A program made the position numbers and the translations under genes. Shown here in pieces: positions 1 through 10,909 of a stretch of 64,000 nt of DNA. The DNA lies in the NCBI GenBank assembly GCA_046735395.1, contig JBJKQR010000072.1:1-64000 (forward strand), written 5' to 3'. The notes under the pieces were generated by a model that ran no database searches, was not told where the DNA came from, and saw only the letters and a list, made by a program, of their open reading frames with translations. This DNA is from Fidelibacterota bacterium (GTDB taxonomy: Bacteria; Fidelibacterota; Fidelibacteria; Fidelibacterales; DSDE01). Position 1 is the stretch's first letter; every line of letters begins with the position of its first letter.

Positions 1-30
1 TCTGAAATTTGGTTAAAATTGCCCCATCCT

Positions 31-1422
31 ATGAGCGACAACTCCGTGAACATACCTGTAAAAAAGTTTCTGGTATTCTTCGTCATTATGCTGTTTTTTA
101 CTTCGGCGGCAGCCTGGATGCACCGTGATACGAACAGCCGGGGCAACCTGAGGCGCATCATGAGGAATGGTGAGCTGAAGGTGATCACGCGGAATTCGAA
201 TACCACCTTCTATTATGACAAGGATGGAAAGACCGGATTTGAATATGACATGGTTTCGGATTTCTGCAGATGGCTGGGTGTGAAAGCGGACTTTGTGGTG
301 AATAATTCCATCAGCGGCATTCTCCAGGATATCCGCTACGGACGGGGTGATATTGCTGCGGCCGGCCTGACCCGCACGGACCAGCGGGAGAAACTGCTGC
401 GTTTCGGCCCCGATTATTTTACCACCCGTCAGGTATTGGTGGTGCACAAGGATAACGCGTACATCGACAGTCCGGAAGAGATGGTGGGAAAGACCATTCT
501 GATTCCCGCCGGCGCCTCCTACGAAGAGACCCTGCGAAACCTGAAACGGGCCTATCCCGATCTGACCTGGGATGTGTCTGAGGATCTGTCCGCGGAACAG
601 ATGATCGAGGAAGTGGCGCAGAAACGCTATACCTGCACCATCCTCGATGATAATATCTTCCGCATCAATCAGCGTTATTACCCCGATATCCGGGCTACGG
701 CGGATCTCAGTGCACAGAATTCCTTCGCCTGGATCATGGGACGGGAAGGTGATGAGCTGGAGAAAAAGGTCCGCGAATGGTTCGTATATTATCAGGAAAG
801 CGGACGTTATGACCAGTTAGTGAATAAATATTATGGCCATACGGATAATTTTGATTATGTGGATGTACGGACATTTCACAAGAAGGTTTCGTCGGTACTG
901 CCCGGCTATGAGCCTATTTTCAAGGAAGCGGCTGACGCCACCGGGATGGACTGGAGCCTGCTTGCGGCGCTGTCCTATCAGGAGAGCCACTGGAAAAAAT
1001 ACGCCTGCAGTCCCACGGGCGTGAGAGGGATCATGATGCTGACGCGCAGCACGGCGGCAGAAATGGGCGTGAATAACCGGCTTGATGTGAAATCCAGCGT
1101 ATTTGCCGGCGCCCGCTACCTGAAACAGCTGATTGACCGGGTTCCGGATTCGGTGAACAAGGATGACCGGATTTACTTCGCTCTGGCCGCCTATAATATC
1201 GGGATGGGCCACCTGAATGATGCCCGACAGCTTGCCGGGGATCTGGGTGTGGATTCGGACAGCTGGCTGGATCTGAAGACGGTGCTGCCGCTGCTGTCCC
1301 AGAGAAAATTCTACATGAAACTGAAATACGGCTATGCCCGGGGCAGTGAACCCATTGATTACGTATCACGGATTTTGAATTACAAGGAAATACTGGACAA
1401 TCTCAACGGAGAAATTCCGTAG
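31..1422 (+). CDS. mltF: Membrane-bound lytic murein transglycosylase F (SBP domain + SLT domain)
   Basis: GFEYD SBP motif, YQESHW catalytic Glu motif, GIMML, ALAAYNIG, GYARG; first ATG at 31. Confidence 0.9.
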   Translation: MSDNSVNIPVKKFLVFFVIMLFFTSAAAWMHRDTNSRGNLRRIMRNGELKVITRNSNTTFYYDKDGKTGFEYDMVSDFCRWLGVKADFVVNNSISGILQDIRYGRGDIAAAGLTRTDQREKLLRFGPDYFTTRQVLVVHKDNAYIDSPEEMVGKTILIPAGASYEETLRNLKRAYPDLTWDVSEDLSAEQMIEEVAQKRYTCTILDDNIFRINQRYYPDIRATADLSAQNSFAWIMGREGDELEKKVREWFVYYQESGRYDQLVNKYYGHTDNFDYVDVRTFHKKVSSVLPGYEPIFKEAADATGMDWSLLAALSYQESHWKKYACSPTGVRGIMMLTRSTAAEMGVNNRLDVKSSVFAGARYLKQLIDRVPDSVNKDDRIYFALAAYNIGMGHLNDARQLAGDLGVDSDSWLDLKTVLPLLSQRKFYMKLKYGYARGSEPIDYVSRILNYKEILDNLNGEIP

Positions 1423-1457
1423 ATTTGAAATAGAAAATTAGACAGATTCGGGGGACT

Positions 1458-2666
1458 ATGGATTTTTCAAACATATACTGGCTGGACAGAGAGCTTGCCT
1501 GGTACGGGAAGGCAACAGGGCGAATTGACGCGGAGGTGGCCATCATCGGCGGGGGTATCACCGGTATTACAGCTGCTGAATATCTGGCCAGGCATGATGT
1601 GGAGACCGTCCTCGTGGAAAAAAGGCTGATCGGAACCGGTGCCAGCGGCCGGAATGCGGGTTTTGTCATTACCGGCCCGGTGGAGCATTATGCCCGGGCG
1701 GTGAAGATACTTGGCCGGGAAAAGGCCCGCCGGCTCTGGGAGGACAGCCTCGAGGGCATCGGCGTAATTCGCGATAATATGGACCGCTATCATATTGACG
1801 CAGACATTCATCAGGGCGGCTCGCTGCTCCTGGCCGCGACCGAAGCTGAAGATGCGGAAGCCCGGGAGACGGTGGAGGAACTGAATCATGACGGGATGTC
1901 CGCCCTGTATCTCGACGCGTCGGAAACAGCCCGGCGTCTGAATACCGATGCCTATTTCGGAGCCTGTCTGCTGGAGAATAATTTCGGCTACAATCCCTAT
2001 AAATATGTGTCTTCGCTGGCGAACGGCCTCCGGGGCCTTTCGAATCTGCAGATCTGTGATCAGACGGAAATCATCTCCATTCAGCGCGGACATGATGCGA
2101 TCGTGCTGCGGAATGAGGAAACGGAAATTCACTGTCAGATGCTGCTGATTGCCGCCAATGCCTGGGCGCAGAAGCTGAATTCCTGGTTTGAGGATAAGAT
2201 TATTCCCGTCCGGGGTCAGGTGATCGCGACGAAGGCGCTGCCGGACCGTGTCTGGAATGAACTGGTCTACGCCAATTTCGGTTTCGAATATTTTCGTCAG
2301 CTTCCCGGAGGGGAGCTGATCATCGGTGGCTGGCGGGAGAATATGCCGGGAGGCGATGCCTTCCATTACAATGAATTCATTGATGACAAGGCCGTGGATG
2401 GGCTGATGGACTATGTCCGATCCAATTTTCCGGCCATGCCGGAGCTGGAGGTAACCCATAAATGGGGCGGGATCATGGGTTTCAGCCGGGACGGGCTTCC
2501 TCTGCTGGGACCGCTGCCCGGTGAGAGCCGCATCATCACTGCTGCCGGGTTCACCGGACATGGCATGGCCTTCGGATCCGTCATCGGACGCTTTGCGGCG
2601 CAGGCCATACTCGGAACACTGGATACGGACATCTCCATGTATGCCCTGTCACGATTCAATAGTTAG
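1458..2666 (+). CDS. FAD-dependent oxidoreductase, DadA/PuuB-like
   Basis: IIGGGITG, GASGRNAG, GFTGHGM motifs. Confidence 0.85.
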   Translation: MDFSNIYWLDRELAWYGKATGRIDAEVAIIGGGITGITAAEYLARHDVETVLVEKRLIGTGASGRNAGFVITGPVEHYARAVKILGREKARRLWEDSLEGIGVIRDNMDRYHIDADIHQGGSLLLAATEAEDAEARETVEELNHDGMSALYLDASETARRLNTDAYFGACLLENNFGYNPYKYVSSLANGLRGLSNLQICDQTEIISIQRGHDAIVLRNEETEIHCQMLLIAANAWAQKLNSWFEDKIIPVRGQVIATKALPDRVWNELVYANFGFEYFRQLPGGELIIGGWRENMPGGDAFHYNEFIDDKAVDGLMDYVRSNFPAMPELEVTHKWGGIMGFSRDGLPLLGPLPGESRIITAAGFTGHGMAFGSVIGRFAAQAILGTLDTDISMYALSRFNS

Positions 2667-2678
2667 AAGGAGGATGTT

Positions 2679-3860
2679 ATGACAAAATATGCCGTTATCG
2701 TTGATGCGGTGAGAACGCCCATCGGGGCCTTCAATGGAACCCTGTCGTCCGTGAGCGCGACGGATCTGGGTGCGGTTGTAATCCGGGCTCTTCTGGACCG
2801 GAGCGGCCTGGACGCGAATGAAGTGGATGAAGTGATCATGGGAAATGTCATAACAGCCGGGGAAGGACAGGCTCCTGCCCGGCAGGCGGCGCTCAGGGGC
2901 GGTCTGCCCGTGAGTGTACAGGCTCTGACTATTAATAAAGTATGCGGATCGGGACTGAAGGCGGTTATGCTGGCGGCGCAGGCCATACAGGCCGGGGACG
3001 CGGACGTCATTATCGCCGGCGGTATGGAAAGCATGAGCAATATTCCCTATTATCTGACCGGCGCCCGTCAGGGATACCGGATGGGGCACCAGCAGGTGCT
3101 GGACGGTATGATCCATGACGGCCTCTGGGATGTGTATACACAGCAGCATATGGGAAATTGTGCCGAAGGGACGGCCGATGATGAAAACCTGACGCGGGAA
3201 GAGATGGATGACTTCGCCGTCTCCAGCTATCAGCGCGCGCTCAAGGCTCAGGAAAAGGGCTATTTCGACCGGGAGATTATTCCGGTGTCCGTTCCTCAGA
3301 GACGGGGAGAGGCCCTGTCCGTGACCCGGGACGAAGAACCGGAGAAGGTGAAATTCGACAAGATTTCCACGCTCCGTCCCGCATTCCGGAAGGAAGGATG
3401 CATCACCGCGGCCAATGCGTCAAAAATCAATGACGGCGCCGCAGCCCTTCTCGTCATGTCGGAGGAAAAGGCGAAGCAGCTGGGACTTGCACCCAAAGTG
3501 AGACTGATCGCGCAGGTTTCGGCCGCAGGTATTCCGGAAAAATTTTCCACGGCCCCCGTCATGGCTATTGAGAAAATTCTGAAAAAATCCGGCCTGACGG
3601 CAAAGGATATTGATCTGTGGGAAATTAATGAGGCCTTCAGTCACGTAGCCTTTCTGCCCATCCGAAAATTCGGCCTGGACCGGAATAAGGTGAATGTGCA
3701 TGGCGGAGCAGTGGCGCTGGGTCATCCCATCGGGGCGTCCGGAGCCCGTATCCTGACGACATTGATACATGCCATGGAGGGCCTGAATGCAAAACGCGGA
3801 CTCGCCACCCTGTGTATCGGCGGCGGCGAAGCGTCCGCAGTCATTGTGGAAAAAATCTGA
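2679..3860 (+). CDS. atoB: Acetyl-CoA C-acetyltransferase (thiolase)
   Basis: NKVCGSG, NEAF, GHPIGASG, CIGGG motifs. Confidence 0.95.
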   Translation: MTKYAVIVDAVRTPIGAFNGTLSSVSATDLGAVVIRALLDRSGLDANEVDEVIMGNVITAGEGQAPARQAALRGGLPVSVQALTINKVCGSGLKAVMLAAQAIQAGDADVIIAGGMESMSNIPYYLTGARQGYRMGHQQVLDGMIHDGLWDVYTQQHMGNCAEGTADDENLTREEMDDFAVSSYQRALKAQEKGYFDREIIPVSVPQRRGEALSVTRDEEPEKVKFDKISTLRPAFRKEGCITAANASKINDGAAALLVMSEEKAKQLGLAPKVRLIAQVSAAGIPEKFSTAPVMAIEKILKKSGLTAKDIDLWEINEAFSHVAFLPIRKFGLDRNKVNVHGGAVALGHPIGASGARILTTLIHAMEGLNAKRGLATLCIGGGEASAVIVEKI

Positions 3861-3874
3861 ATTCGGAGGAATAG

Positions 3875-4726
3875 ATGAATTTGAAGAAAATTGCAGTGAT
3901 CGGTGCCGGGACCATGGGGAACGGGATCGCTCACGTCTGTGCCCAGCATGGTCTGTCTGTGACTCTCGTGGATGTGAATGGCCCGGCCCTGGAAAAAGGC
4001 ATGGCGACCATGGAAAAAAATATGTCCCGGGAGGTTCGGAGAGGGCAGATTACGGAAGAAGAAAAGAAAAACGCCCTGGCCAATATTCGGCTGACGACCG
4101 ATCTCGCTTCGGCTGACGATGTGGATCTCTTTATTGAGGCCGCCACGGAGAGGGAGGATCTGAAGCTGGCGATTTTCCGGCAGCTGGACGAGATTGCCAC
4201 CCGGGGACAGATCCTCGCCACCAATACCTCCTCCATATCAATTACCAAAATCGCTGCCGTCACCAGCGCCCCGGAGCGGGTCATCGGAATGCATTTCATG
4301 AATCCGGTGCCCATGATGAAACTGGTGGAGATCATCACCGGACTTCAAAGTTCCGAATCAACTCTGGAAACCGTCCGGGAACTGGCTGTACTTCTGGGAA
4401 AAACGCCGGTACAGGTGAATGATTATCCCGGATTCATCGCGAACCGGATTCTGATGCCGATGATCAATGAAGCGGTCTATACGCTCATGGAAGGCGTGGC
4501 AGACAAGGAAGCGATTGACCAGATCATGAAGCTCGGCATGGCCCACCCCATGGGCCCGCTCACCCTGGCAGACCTGATCGGCCTGGATACCTGCCTCAGT
4601 ATCATGCAGGTTCTGTATGAAGGATTGGGCGACAGCAAGTACCGGCCCTGTCCGCTCCTGGTGAATATGGTCAATGCCGGATATCTGGGCCGGAAAAGCG
4701 GCCGGGGTTTTTACAGATATTCCTGA
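3875..4726 (+). CDS. hbd: 3-hydroxybutyryl-CoA dehydrogenase
   Basis: [26 protein letters not shown]; follows thiolase. Confidence 0.92.
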   Translation: MNLKKIAVIGAGTMGNGIAHVCAQHGLSVTLVDVNGPALEKGMATMEKNMSREVRRGQITEEEKKNALANIRLTTDLASADDVDLFIEAATEREDLKLAIFRQLDEIATRGQILATNTSSISITKIAAVTSAPERVIGMHFMNPVPMMKLVEIITGLQSSESTLETVRELAVLLGKTPVQVNDYPGFIANRILMPMINEAVYTLMEGVADKEAIDQIMKLGMAHPMGPLTLADLIGLDTCLSIMQVLYEGLGDSKYRPCPLLVNMVNAGYLGRKSGRGFYRYS

Positions 4727-4782
4727 CAGATTATCTATCCGGCCCGAACTGAAGAGCAGGCCGGTGTGAATGATACGAATCC

Positions 4783-5442
4783 TTACCAGTAAAATCGTGG
4801 AATAAAGCGCAGATCCCTGAAAACGGGACAGGCGCAGCGCCGCAGACGATCGGGGCTGTTGTGGCCGTCCTGTATCAGAATGCAGGGGATGGACAGCGCT
4901 CCCGCCACTTCGGCATCGTGGGTCGTATCCCCGATGAAGAGGCTTCGCCCCGGCACGATATGAAAATCCGAAACCATATTGTGGCCGATCTCGGTTTTTC
5001 CGCGGGCATAATGGTCACGAAGTCCGTACACCGCCGTAAACAGGCCGGTGAGCCCGTAATGGGCCAGTATCTCATCCAGGCTGTCCTGCTTGGACGCGGA
5101 GAGGATGAATTGTCTCCGGCCCATTTTATGAAAGGCGTCCAGTGTCTCCCTGGCAAAGGGGCGCAGGGAACAGCTGCTTTTTTCCGCCTCGTAGAGCCGG
5201 ATGAATTCGGTGGAAATGGTTTCAAAGGGCACTGTCTCATCATGCCAGCCCAGGGTATTGTAATATTTCCGGATGGGAAAGGAAAAAATATCCAGGTATC
5301 GGTGCAGGGACATCCCGGGCAGATGATACTGCCTGAGCAGGCGGTTCATAATGTCTACACAGAGATGCCTGTCGTCCAGGAGCGTTCCGTTCCAGTCCCA
5401 GATGATGTCATCGGTCCGGAGGGTTTTATTCCTGTTCGCCAT
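4783..5442 (-). CDS. HAD-family hydrolase (phosphoglycolate phosphatase-like)
   Basis: WDWNGTLLD motif I, IGDTTHD motif IV; start moved to MANRNK. Confidence 0.85.
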   Translation of the reverse strand: MANRNKTLRTDDIIWDWNGTLLDDRHLCVDIMNRLLRQYHLPGMSLHRYLDIFSFPIRKYYNTLGWHDETVPFETISTEFIRLYEAEKSSCSLRPFARETLDAFHKMGRRQFILSASKQDSLDEILAHYGLTGLFTAVYGLRDHYARGKTEIGHNMVSDFHIVPGRSLFIGDTTHDAEVAGALSIPCILIQDGHNSPDRLRRCACPVFRDLRFIPRFYW

Positions 5443-6676
5443 AGAATTTTTTCGGGTATTCCTTGTCATTGTCCAGCAGATTGACATAGCCGGAATTCAG
5501 GCTTTTTCTGAACACGGCAGCCAGCCGTCGGGTCATGGGGCTGTTTACGATGCTTAAGCCCAGATTCCGTCCGGCGTGAAAATAGGAGCCGGACCAATTG
5601 GAGGTTCCCAGCCAGAAACGAGTGGTATCAATAACCATATATTTGCAGTGTTCGACCCGTGCATAGGAAATATAGCCGCCGCTGTAGGGCGGGATTGTGG
5701 ACAGGTAGACATCGATGCCGTCAATGGCATTCAGGGTTTTAAGCTGTTCAAGCCGTGACGGATCGGTTTCCCAGTCGGAAACGATCATCTGAACCTTCAC
5801 GCCCCGGGCAGCTGCTGCCGCCAGCGCGTTCTGCAGAGTGAGATAATCGCCGTTCCGGGATTTGAAACTGTAGGAGAGCAGCTGTATGCGGATGCTGTCC
5901 TCTGCGCTGTTGATGGCTTCCACAATCAGATCCTCGTCAAAATTTGCCGGATTGAGCAGAAGGTCCTTCTGATTCGCGCCGGGAGTGACGGTCATTTCGC
6001 CATAGCGTGGCGAAGTCGCCGTAATGGAGAATCTCACCGGATTTGCAGGGATATCGCGGGCGGCCAGGATTGCTGCCTGATCCGCGCCCTCCGCGCTCAG
6101 CTTCCAGTCGAGATTGAAAATATTTTCATAAAACCCGGCCAGAGCGGGAGAGAGGATGCGCAGTCCGGTTTCATGGATGTGTTCGAGCGACCGCCAGTCA
6201 AAATTCTGGGATCCGATGAACAGATTCCGGCCGTCGGCGATCATGTATTTGGCGTGATGGATGCCGCCGCCGATCTTTTTAAAATTGATAATATGAACCT
6301 GGAAATTTTTCAGGGTCTTGAATTCGTTGACCGTATTCGGGTAGGTCTTGTACATCCCCGCATCCACGATAAAGCGGATGGCCACACCTCGATTGCCCGC
6401 ATCCTTCAGGGCCGCGATGACTTTATCCAGATCGTATCCGGGCTCGGGTGACACGTAAAAGTGCCCCAGATCCAGCGTATGCCGGGCATTTTTTATCATT
6501 TCCACCCAGACTTCGGCTGTATTGCGCAGATCCGGATTGTCCAGATTGCTTTCGAGGGGGATACTTTCCACGAGTTCGATTTCGAAGGGATCCTCCGTGA
6601 CAGCCTTGCTGCCCGAGCTGCATCCCGGCATGCTCAGAGCCAGGATCAGGAATAACAGAAATAATTTAACTTTCAT
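5426..6676 (-). CDS. Phospholipase D-family lipoprotein
   Basis: Two HxKxxxxD motifs (HAKYMIAD, HCKYMVID); lipobox-like SMPGC. Confidence 0.85.
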   Translation of the reverse strand: MKVKLFLLFLILALSMPGCSSGSKAVTEDPFEIELVESIPLESNLDNPDLRNTAEVWVEMIKNARHTLDLGHFYVSPEPGYDLDKVIAALKDAGNRGVAIRFIVDAGMYKTYPNTVNEFKTLKNFQVHIINFKKIGGGIHHAKYMIADGRNLFIGSQNFDWRSLEHIHETGLRILSPALAGFYENIFNLDWKLSAEGADQAAILAARDIPANPVRFSITATSPRYGEMTVTPGANQKDLLLNPANFDEDLIVEAINSAEDSIRIQLLSYSFKSRNGDYLTLQNALAAAAARGVKVQMIVSDWETDPSRLEQLKTLNAIDGIDVYLSTIPPYSGGYISYARVEHCKYMVIDTTRFWLGTSNWSGSYFHAGRNLGLSIVNSPMTRRLAAVFRKSLNSGYVNLLDNDKEYPKKFYGEQE

Positions 6677-7269
6677 TACAGGGTTTCCTTCATAAATGAT
6701 TTGAGGGTTCGGATAAACCGTCGCGTTGTATATTTTGCCATGCCGTTTCTCTGCATGACGATCCGTCCCCGTTTATCGAGGACAAAGGTGCTGGGGATGA
6801 CAGAGCTCTGAAGTTCGGCCGGCAGTGCGGAGGCCTGATAATAGACCGGCAGCGAATAGCCCTTTCGCTTGAGAAATTCATCCGTCCTGCGGTGATCCGT
6901 ATCCACATTCAGAAAAATATACTGAATCGTGCTGTCATTCACGGTTTCGGTGAGGCGGTTCAGATCCGGCAGCTCGGCAATACAGGGCGGACACCAGGTG
7001 GCCCAGATATTCAGGAAAACCATTTTGCCCCGGAGCTCGCTGAGACGCAGCGTCTTTCCGTCCCGGCTGACAAAGACTGCATCCGTGCCCAGTGAAAGCG
7101 GCTGTTCAAGCGTATGAGCCTGAAAGAGTCGGCTTTCCAGAAAGACGCGCTGAAGGCCACCGATCACTTCGGTATGATAACCGCTGAGGTAGAGCAGCAG
7201 GGCCACTGCCGCGATGATGACCCATTCCAGGCCTTCCCGTTTCAGTTTTTTTCGTGTTTCAGCTTTCAT
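6676..7269 (-). CDS. TlpA-family thiol-disulfide oxidoreductase
   Basis: WATWCPPC motif, N-terminal TM segment; start at MKAETR (CAT at 7267-7269). Confidence 0.88.
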   Translation of the reverse strand: MKAETRKKLKREGLEWVIIAAVALLLYLSGYHTEVIGGLQRVFLESRLFQAHTLEQPLSLGTDAVFVSRDGKTLRLSELRGKMVFLNIWATWCPPCIAELPDLNRLTETVNDSTIQYIFLNVDTDHRRTDEFLKRKGYSLPVYYQASALPAELQSSVIPSTFVLDKRGRIVMQRNGMAKYTTRRFIRTLKSFMKETL

Positions 7270-7470
7270 GCGTCCTTTTCGCAGATTGTGGTGAATATAG
7301 CAGATTCCGGGGACAAGTGGCAGGGCTTTTTCCTCGAGAAATTTACTCTGCGGGCAGTTGACTTTAATGGGATTTATGAATAAACTCAGCTCTGAAAACA
7401 GGGTGATGGAAAATCTGAAATGAAATCGCGCAGATGCGAATAGTATTATAAACAAAGACAGGAGCAATCG

Positions 7471-9003
7471 ATGGAATTTTTAAAGGCGCTGGGAATCGAA
7501 GAGGTAAACTCGGGAGCTTCCACAGGACGCAACTGGCTGGATACTCAGGGCGGAGGTGTACTGAAAATCAGCTCACCGGTTGACGGGAAATATATTGCCC
7601 AGGTGAACCAGTGTTCCCCCGCAGATTATGAAAAGGTGGTGGAAACGGCTGAGACAGCGTTCAAGACCTGGCGGGGTATCCCGGCACCCAAACGTGGTGA
7701 AATTGTTCGCCAGATCGGGAATAAACTGCGCGAATACAAGACCGAACTTGGAACGCTCGTATCCTATGAGATGGGAAAGAGCCTTCAGGAAGGATTCGGC
7801 GAAGTTCAGGAAATGATAGATATCTGTGATCTGGCTGTGGGACAGTCCCGCATGCTCTACGGATTTACCATGCATTCGGAACGGCCTCAGCACAGAATGT
7901 ATGACCAGTACCATCCCCTCGGTATTGTAGGCGTGGTATCGGCCTTTAATTTTCCCGTCGCCGTCTGGGCCTGGAATGCCATGCTGGCTGCCGTCGCCGG
8001 TGACGTGACGATCTGGAAACCCAGTTCAAAGGTTCCGCTGACCGCCATTGCAACCCAGCATATCATTGCTGAGGTTCTGAAGGAAAATTCACTTCCCGAA
8101 GGTATTTTCAGTCTGATCATCGGACGTGGCGGCACCATCGGCGAAAGTATGCTGAAGGATAAGCGCGTTCCCCTCATTTCCATCACCGGATCCATTGATG
8201 TGGGCCGGCATGCGGCTCAGGTCATTGCCGGACGTTTCGGAAAATCCATTCTGGAACTGGGTGGAAATAACGCCATCATCATCACTCCCAGCGCGGACAT
8301 GAAAATGGCCATCCCGGCTGCCGTATTCGGAGCTGTGGGAACAGCCGGACAGCGCTGCACATCCACCCGCCGCCTTATCATTCATGACAGTGTATATGAT
8401 AATGTGAAAAATGCTCTGGTCAAGGCTTATGGCAGCCTGAAAATCGGGAGCCCGCTGGATCAGGCCAATCATGTAGGACCGCTGATTGATACAGCGGCCA
8501 CGGATCTTTTCCTCCATGCTCTGGAAACTGCCAAAAAATCCGGCGCTAAGGTGATTTTCGGCGGTGATGTCCTCAGCGGTGAAGGGTATGAAAGCGGCTG
8601 TTATGTCGTCCCGGCCATTGTGGAAGCGGAAAACGAATGGGACATCGTTCAGACCGAAACCTTTGCACCCATTCTCTACCTTATCCGCTACAAGGGTGAG
8701 GTGGAAAACGCCATTGCGCTGCATAACGGAGTTGAACAGGGACTTTCCTCTTCCATATTCACCGTCAATATGCGTGAAGCCGAGACCTTCCTCAGTCACT
8801 GGGGCTCGGACTGCGGTATTGCAAATGTGAATATCGGAACATCCGGTGCGGAAATCGGCGGTGCCTTCGGTGGTGAAAAGGAAACGGGCGGCGGACGTGA
8901 GTCCGGATCCGACTCCTGGAAGGCCTACATGAGACGTCAGACCAATACCATCAATTACAGCACTGAACTGCCTCTCGCTCAGGGTATTAAATTCGATATC
9001 TGA
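7471..9003 (+). CDS. Aldehyde dehydrogenase, ALDH7/piperideine-6-carboxylate dehydrogenase type
   Basis: SAFNFP, LELGGNNA, GTAGQRCT, GAEIGGAFGGEK. Confidence 0.9.
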   Translation: MEFLKALGIEEVNSGASTGRNWLDTQGGGVLKISSPVDGKYIAQVNQCSPADYEKVVETAETAFKTWRGIPAPKRGEIVRQIGNKLREYKTELGTLVSYEMGKSLQEGFGEVQEMIDICDLAVGQSRMLYGFTMHSERPQHRMYDQYHPLGIVGVVSAFNFPVAVWAWNAMLAAVAGDVTIWKPSSKVPLTAIATQHIIAEVLKENSLPEGIFSLIIGRGGTIGESMLKDKRVPLISITGSIDVGRHAAQVIAGRFGKSILELGGNNAIIITPSADMKMAIPAAVFGAVGTAGQRCTSTRRLIIHDSVYDNVKNALVKAYGSLKIGSPLDQANHVGPLIDTAATDLFLHALETAKKSGAKVIFGGDVLSGEGYESGCYVVPAIVEAENEWDIVQTETFAPILYLIRYKGEVENAIALHNGVEQGLSSSIFTVNMREAETFLSHWGSDCGIANVNIGTSGAEIGGAFGGEKETGGGRESGSDSWKAYMRRQTNTINYSTELPLAQGIKFDI

Positions 9004-9030
9004 CGAACTGACAGAATACAGATACCTATT

Positions 9031-9066
9031 GGCTGCTGCCTGAAAAAGGCCGCAGCCTTTTTTTTT
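9031..9066 (+). terminator. Intrinsic terminator after ALDH
   Basis: GGCTGC..GCCT/AGGC..GCAGCC stem followed by T-tract. Confidence 0.75.
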
Positions 9067-10726
9067 ATTTATTGAAATTTTCGGGGAGTGTTTCGGAATG
9101 CCTTCGTCGTATCCCCGGTCCGGTGGTTCGGGGAAGCCGGGACAGAACATCCAGCAATTCATGAATCGTGAATGGAAAACAGAGCCGGATAATATTTTTC
9201 ATATCATCCCGGATTGCTTCGGCAATATGTTCATAGCGTCCGGCCGCCAGGATGAAGGGGATTTTCCGGTTCAGCGCGGAGAGGAATTCAACCTGTTTTG
9301 CGGCAGCACGATTGATGACGGAAGGGCTGATCAGCAAGATGGAGGGATGAATGGCATCCTGCCCCATGAGATGGATGAATTCATGCATATAGGTGGAATA
9401 ATTGGCACGGATATTCCGGCCGGCCAGTTCGAGATGAAGATGTTTGCATAATTTGTAATTCGGCATGAGGATATGCATGGCGCCGGCATAGCCGGGTGTT
9501 TCGGGAAGAATATCGGATCTGACGATGCTGCCCCGCGTGGGAAAATATACGTGTGCTGTCGTGCCGCGTCCGTGAGTGCTCTCAAGTTCAATGGCGCCCT
9601 GATGCCGTCGCACAATTTCCCTGCAGATGCTCAGTCCCAGTCCGGCATGTCCCTGGTCGGCAGCAGTTGTGAAAAAGGGCCGGAAGCTGTTTTGAAGCGT
9701 TGTTTCCGTCATTCCCTGTCCCCTGTCTGCGATACAAATATGCAGGTAAGGGCCCCGTCTGCCCATGGCGTCCAGTCCCTTTATGGTTTCCGCATGAACC
9801 GGCGAACAGGATAAGGTGACTTGGGTGTGGGAACCGCCTGCCTGCAGGGCATTCCGCAGCAGTTCATCAAACAGAATTCTGAGGGCCTGCCGGTTTGCCC
9901 TGAGGCGCGGACATTTTTCAGATTCCGGTGAGATGCGAATCTGACAGCTTCGCCGGCCCGGGTTTTCGTGCAGATCATGGATCATTTCCCGGATTAGCGG
10001 CATGATTTCCATGTCTGTCATATTGTCGGAGCCGAGAGATTCGAGAATTCCATATTTCTTCAGGCAATTCCACGCGAGTCTGAGCCGGGATTTAAAATCA
10101 TGGTAGGCTGATTCCAGGGTTTCATCGTCTGTCCCCCGGCTGATGCAGGCATCCTGGAAATAACCGAACATCCGTTCAAATTGAAGAAAATGGAATGATT
10201 GGGTAGGGGACGCATTCTGCGGATCCGTCCCCGGCAGAACTTCGCGCACCAGGGTGATGAGATATCCCTGTCCGGTGCTGTGACCGGGAAGGGCTGCCGA
10301 GTGCAACGTGAAAAGCCGGTCGTTTTGCGGAGACGCACCGGCCTTCAGGTATACGGTATTTTCGCCTGAGCTGCAATGATGAATATCAGCAGACCTTCGT
10401 TCCGGTGGACCTATTTCCTGAAAAAAAGTGCTGAAATTCCGTCCCAGTGCATAGCTTGAATTTTCCAGGGCCATCAAATCCTGAGCCCCTTTGTTCAGAT
10501 CCAGAATTCTGTTTGAAAAATCACGGATGATGATGGCGTCCGGTATCAGATCCAGAATTCTGCGGTAGGGAAGTGGCGGAGCTGTATCAGATTGAAATTC
10601 TGTCATTCCCGGCCCCATTGAAAAACATGCTGCTTCAGGACCGGGATTCGCCCCTGCGGGAGACCAGAAGGGTGTGCCATCACCGATCCGATCCCTGTTT
10701 TTTTCGGAATTAATTTTATCAGACAT
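9065..10726 (-). CDS. PAS-containing histidine kinase-like protein with divergent C-terminal receiver-like region
   Basis: PAS-like IPDAIIIRD; HDFKS H-box-like; N box ELLRNALQA, G1 DRGQGM, F box, G2 GLGL. Confidence 0.7.
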   Translation of the reverse strand: MSDKINSEKNRDRIGDGTPFWSPAGANPGPEAACFSMGPGMTEFQSDTAPPLPYRRILDLIPDAIIIRDFSNRILDLNKGAQDLMALENSSYALGRNFSTFFQEIGPPERRSADIHHCSSGENTVYLKAGASPQNDRLFTLHSAALPGHSTGQGYLITLVREVLPGTDPQNASPTQSFHFLQFERMFGYFQDACISRGTDDETLESAYHDFKSRLRLAWNCLKKYGILESLGSDNMTDMEIMPLIREMIHDLHENPGRRSCQIRISPESEKCPRLRANRQALRILFDELLRNALQAGGSHTQVTLSCSPVHAETIKGLDAMGRRGPYLHICIADRGQGMTETTLQNSFRPFFTTAADQGHAGLGLSICREIVRRHQGAIELESTHGRGTTAHVYFPTRGSIVRSDILPETPGYAGAMHILMPNYKLCKHLHLELAGRNIRANYSTYMHEFIHLMGQDAIHPSILLISPSVINRAAAKQVEFLSALNRKIPFILAAGRYEHIAEAIRDDMKNIIRLCFPFTIHELLDVLSRLPRTTGPGIRRRHSETLPENFNK

Positions 10727-10909
10727 ACTTCCCCCCGTCTGTACCCCAATTTTCAGTCATCGATGCGGTTACATCTCAAAATATCAGATCAGCCATGCTG
10801 ATTCAAAAGAAAAATGAAAAGTATACGAAAAAGACAACAAATGCGGATTAGTGGACAGAAGTATACACACTTCGGCTTGCGGAAATGTCTGGTGAATGCG
10901 ATATATGAA

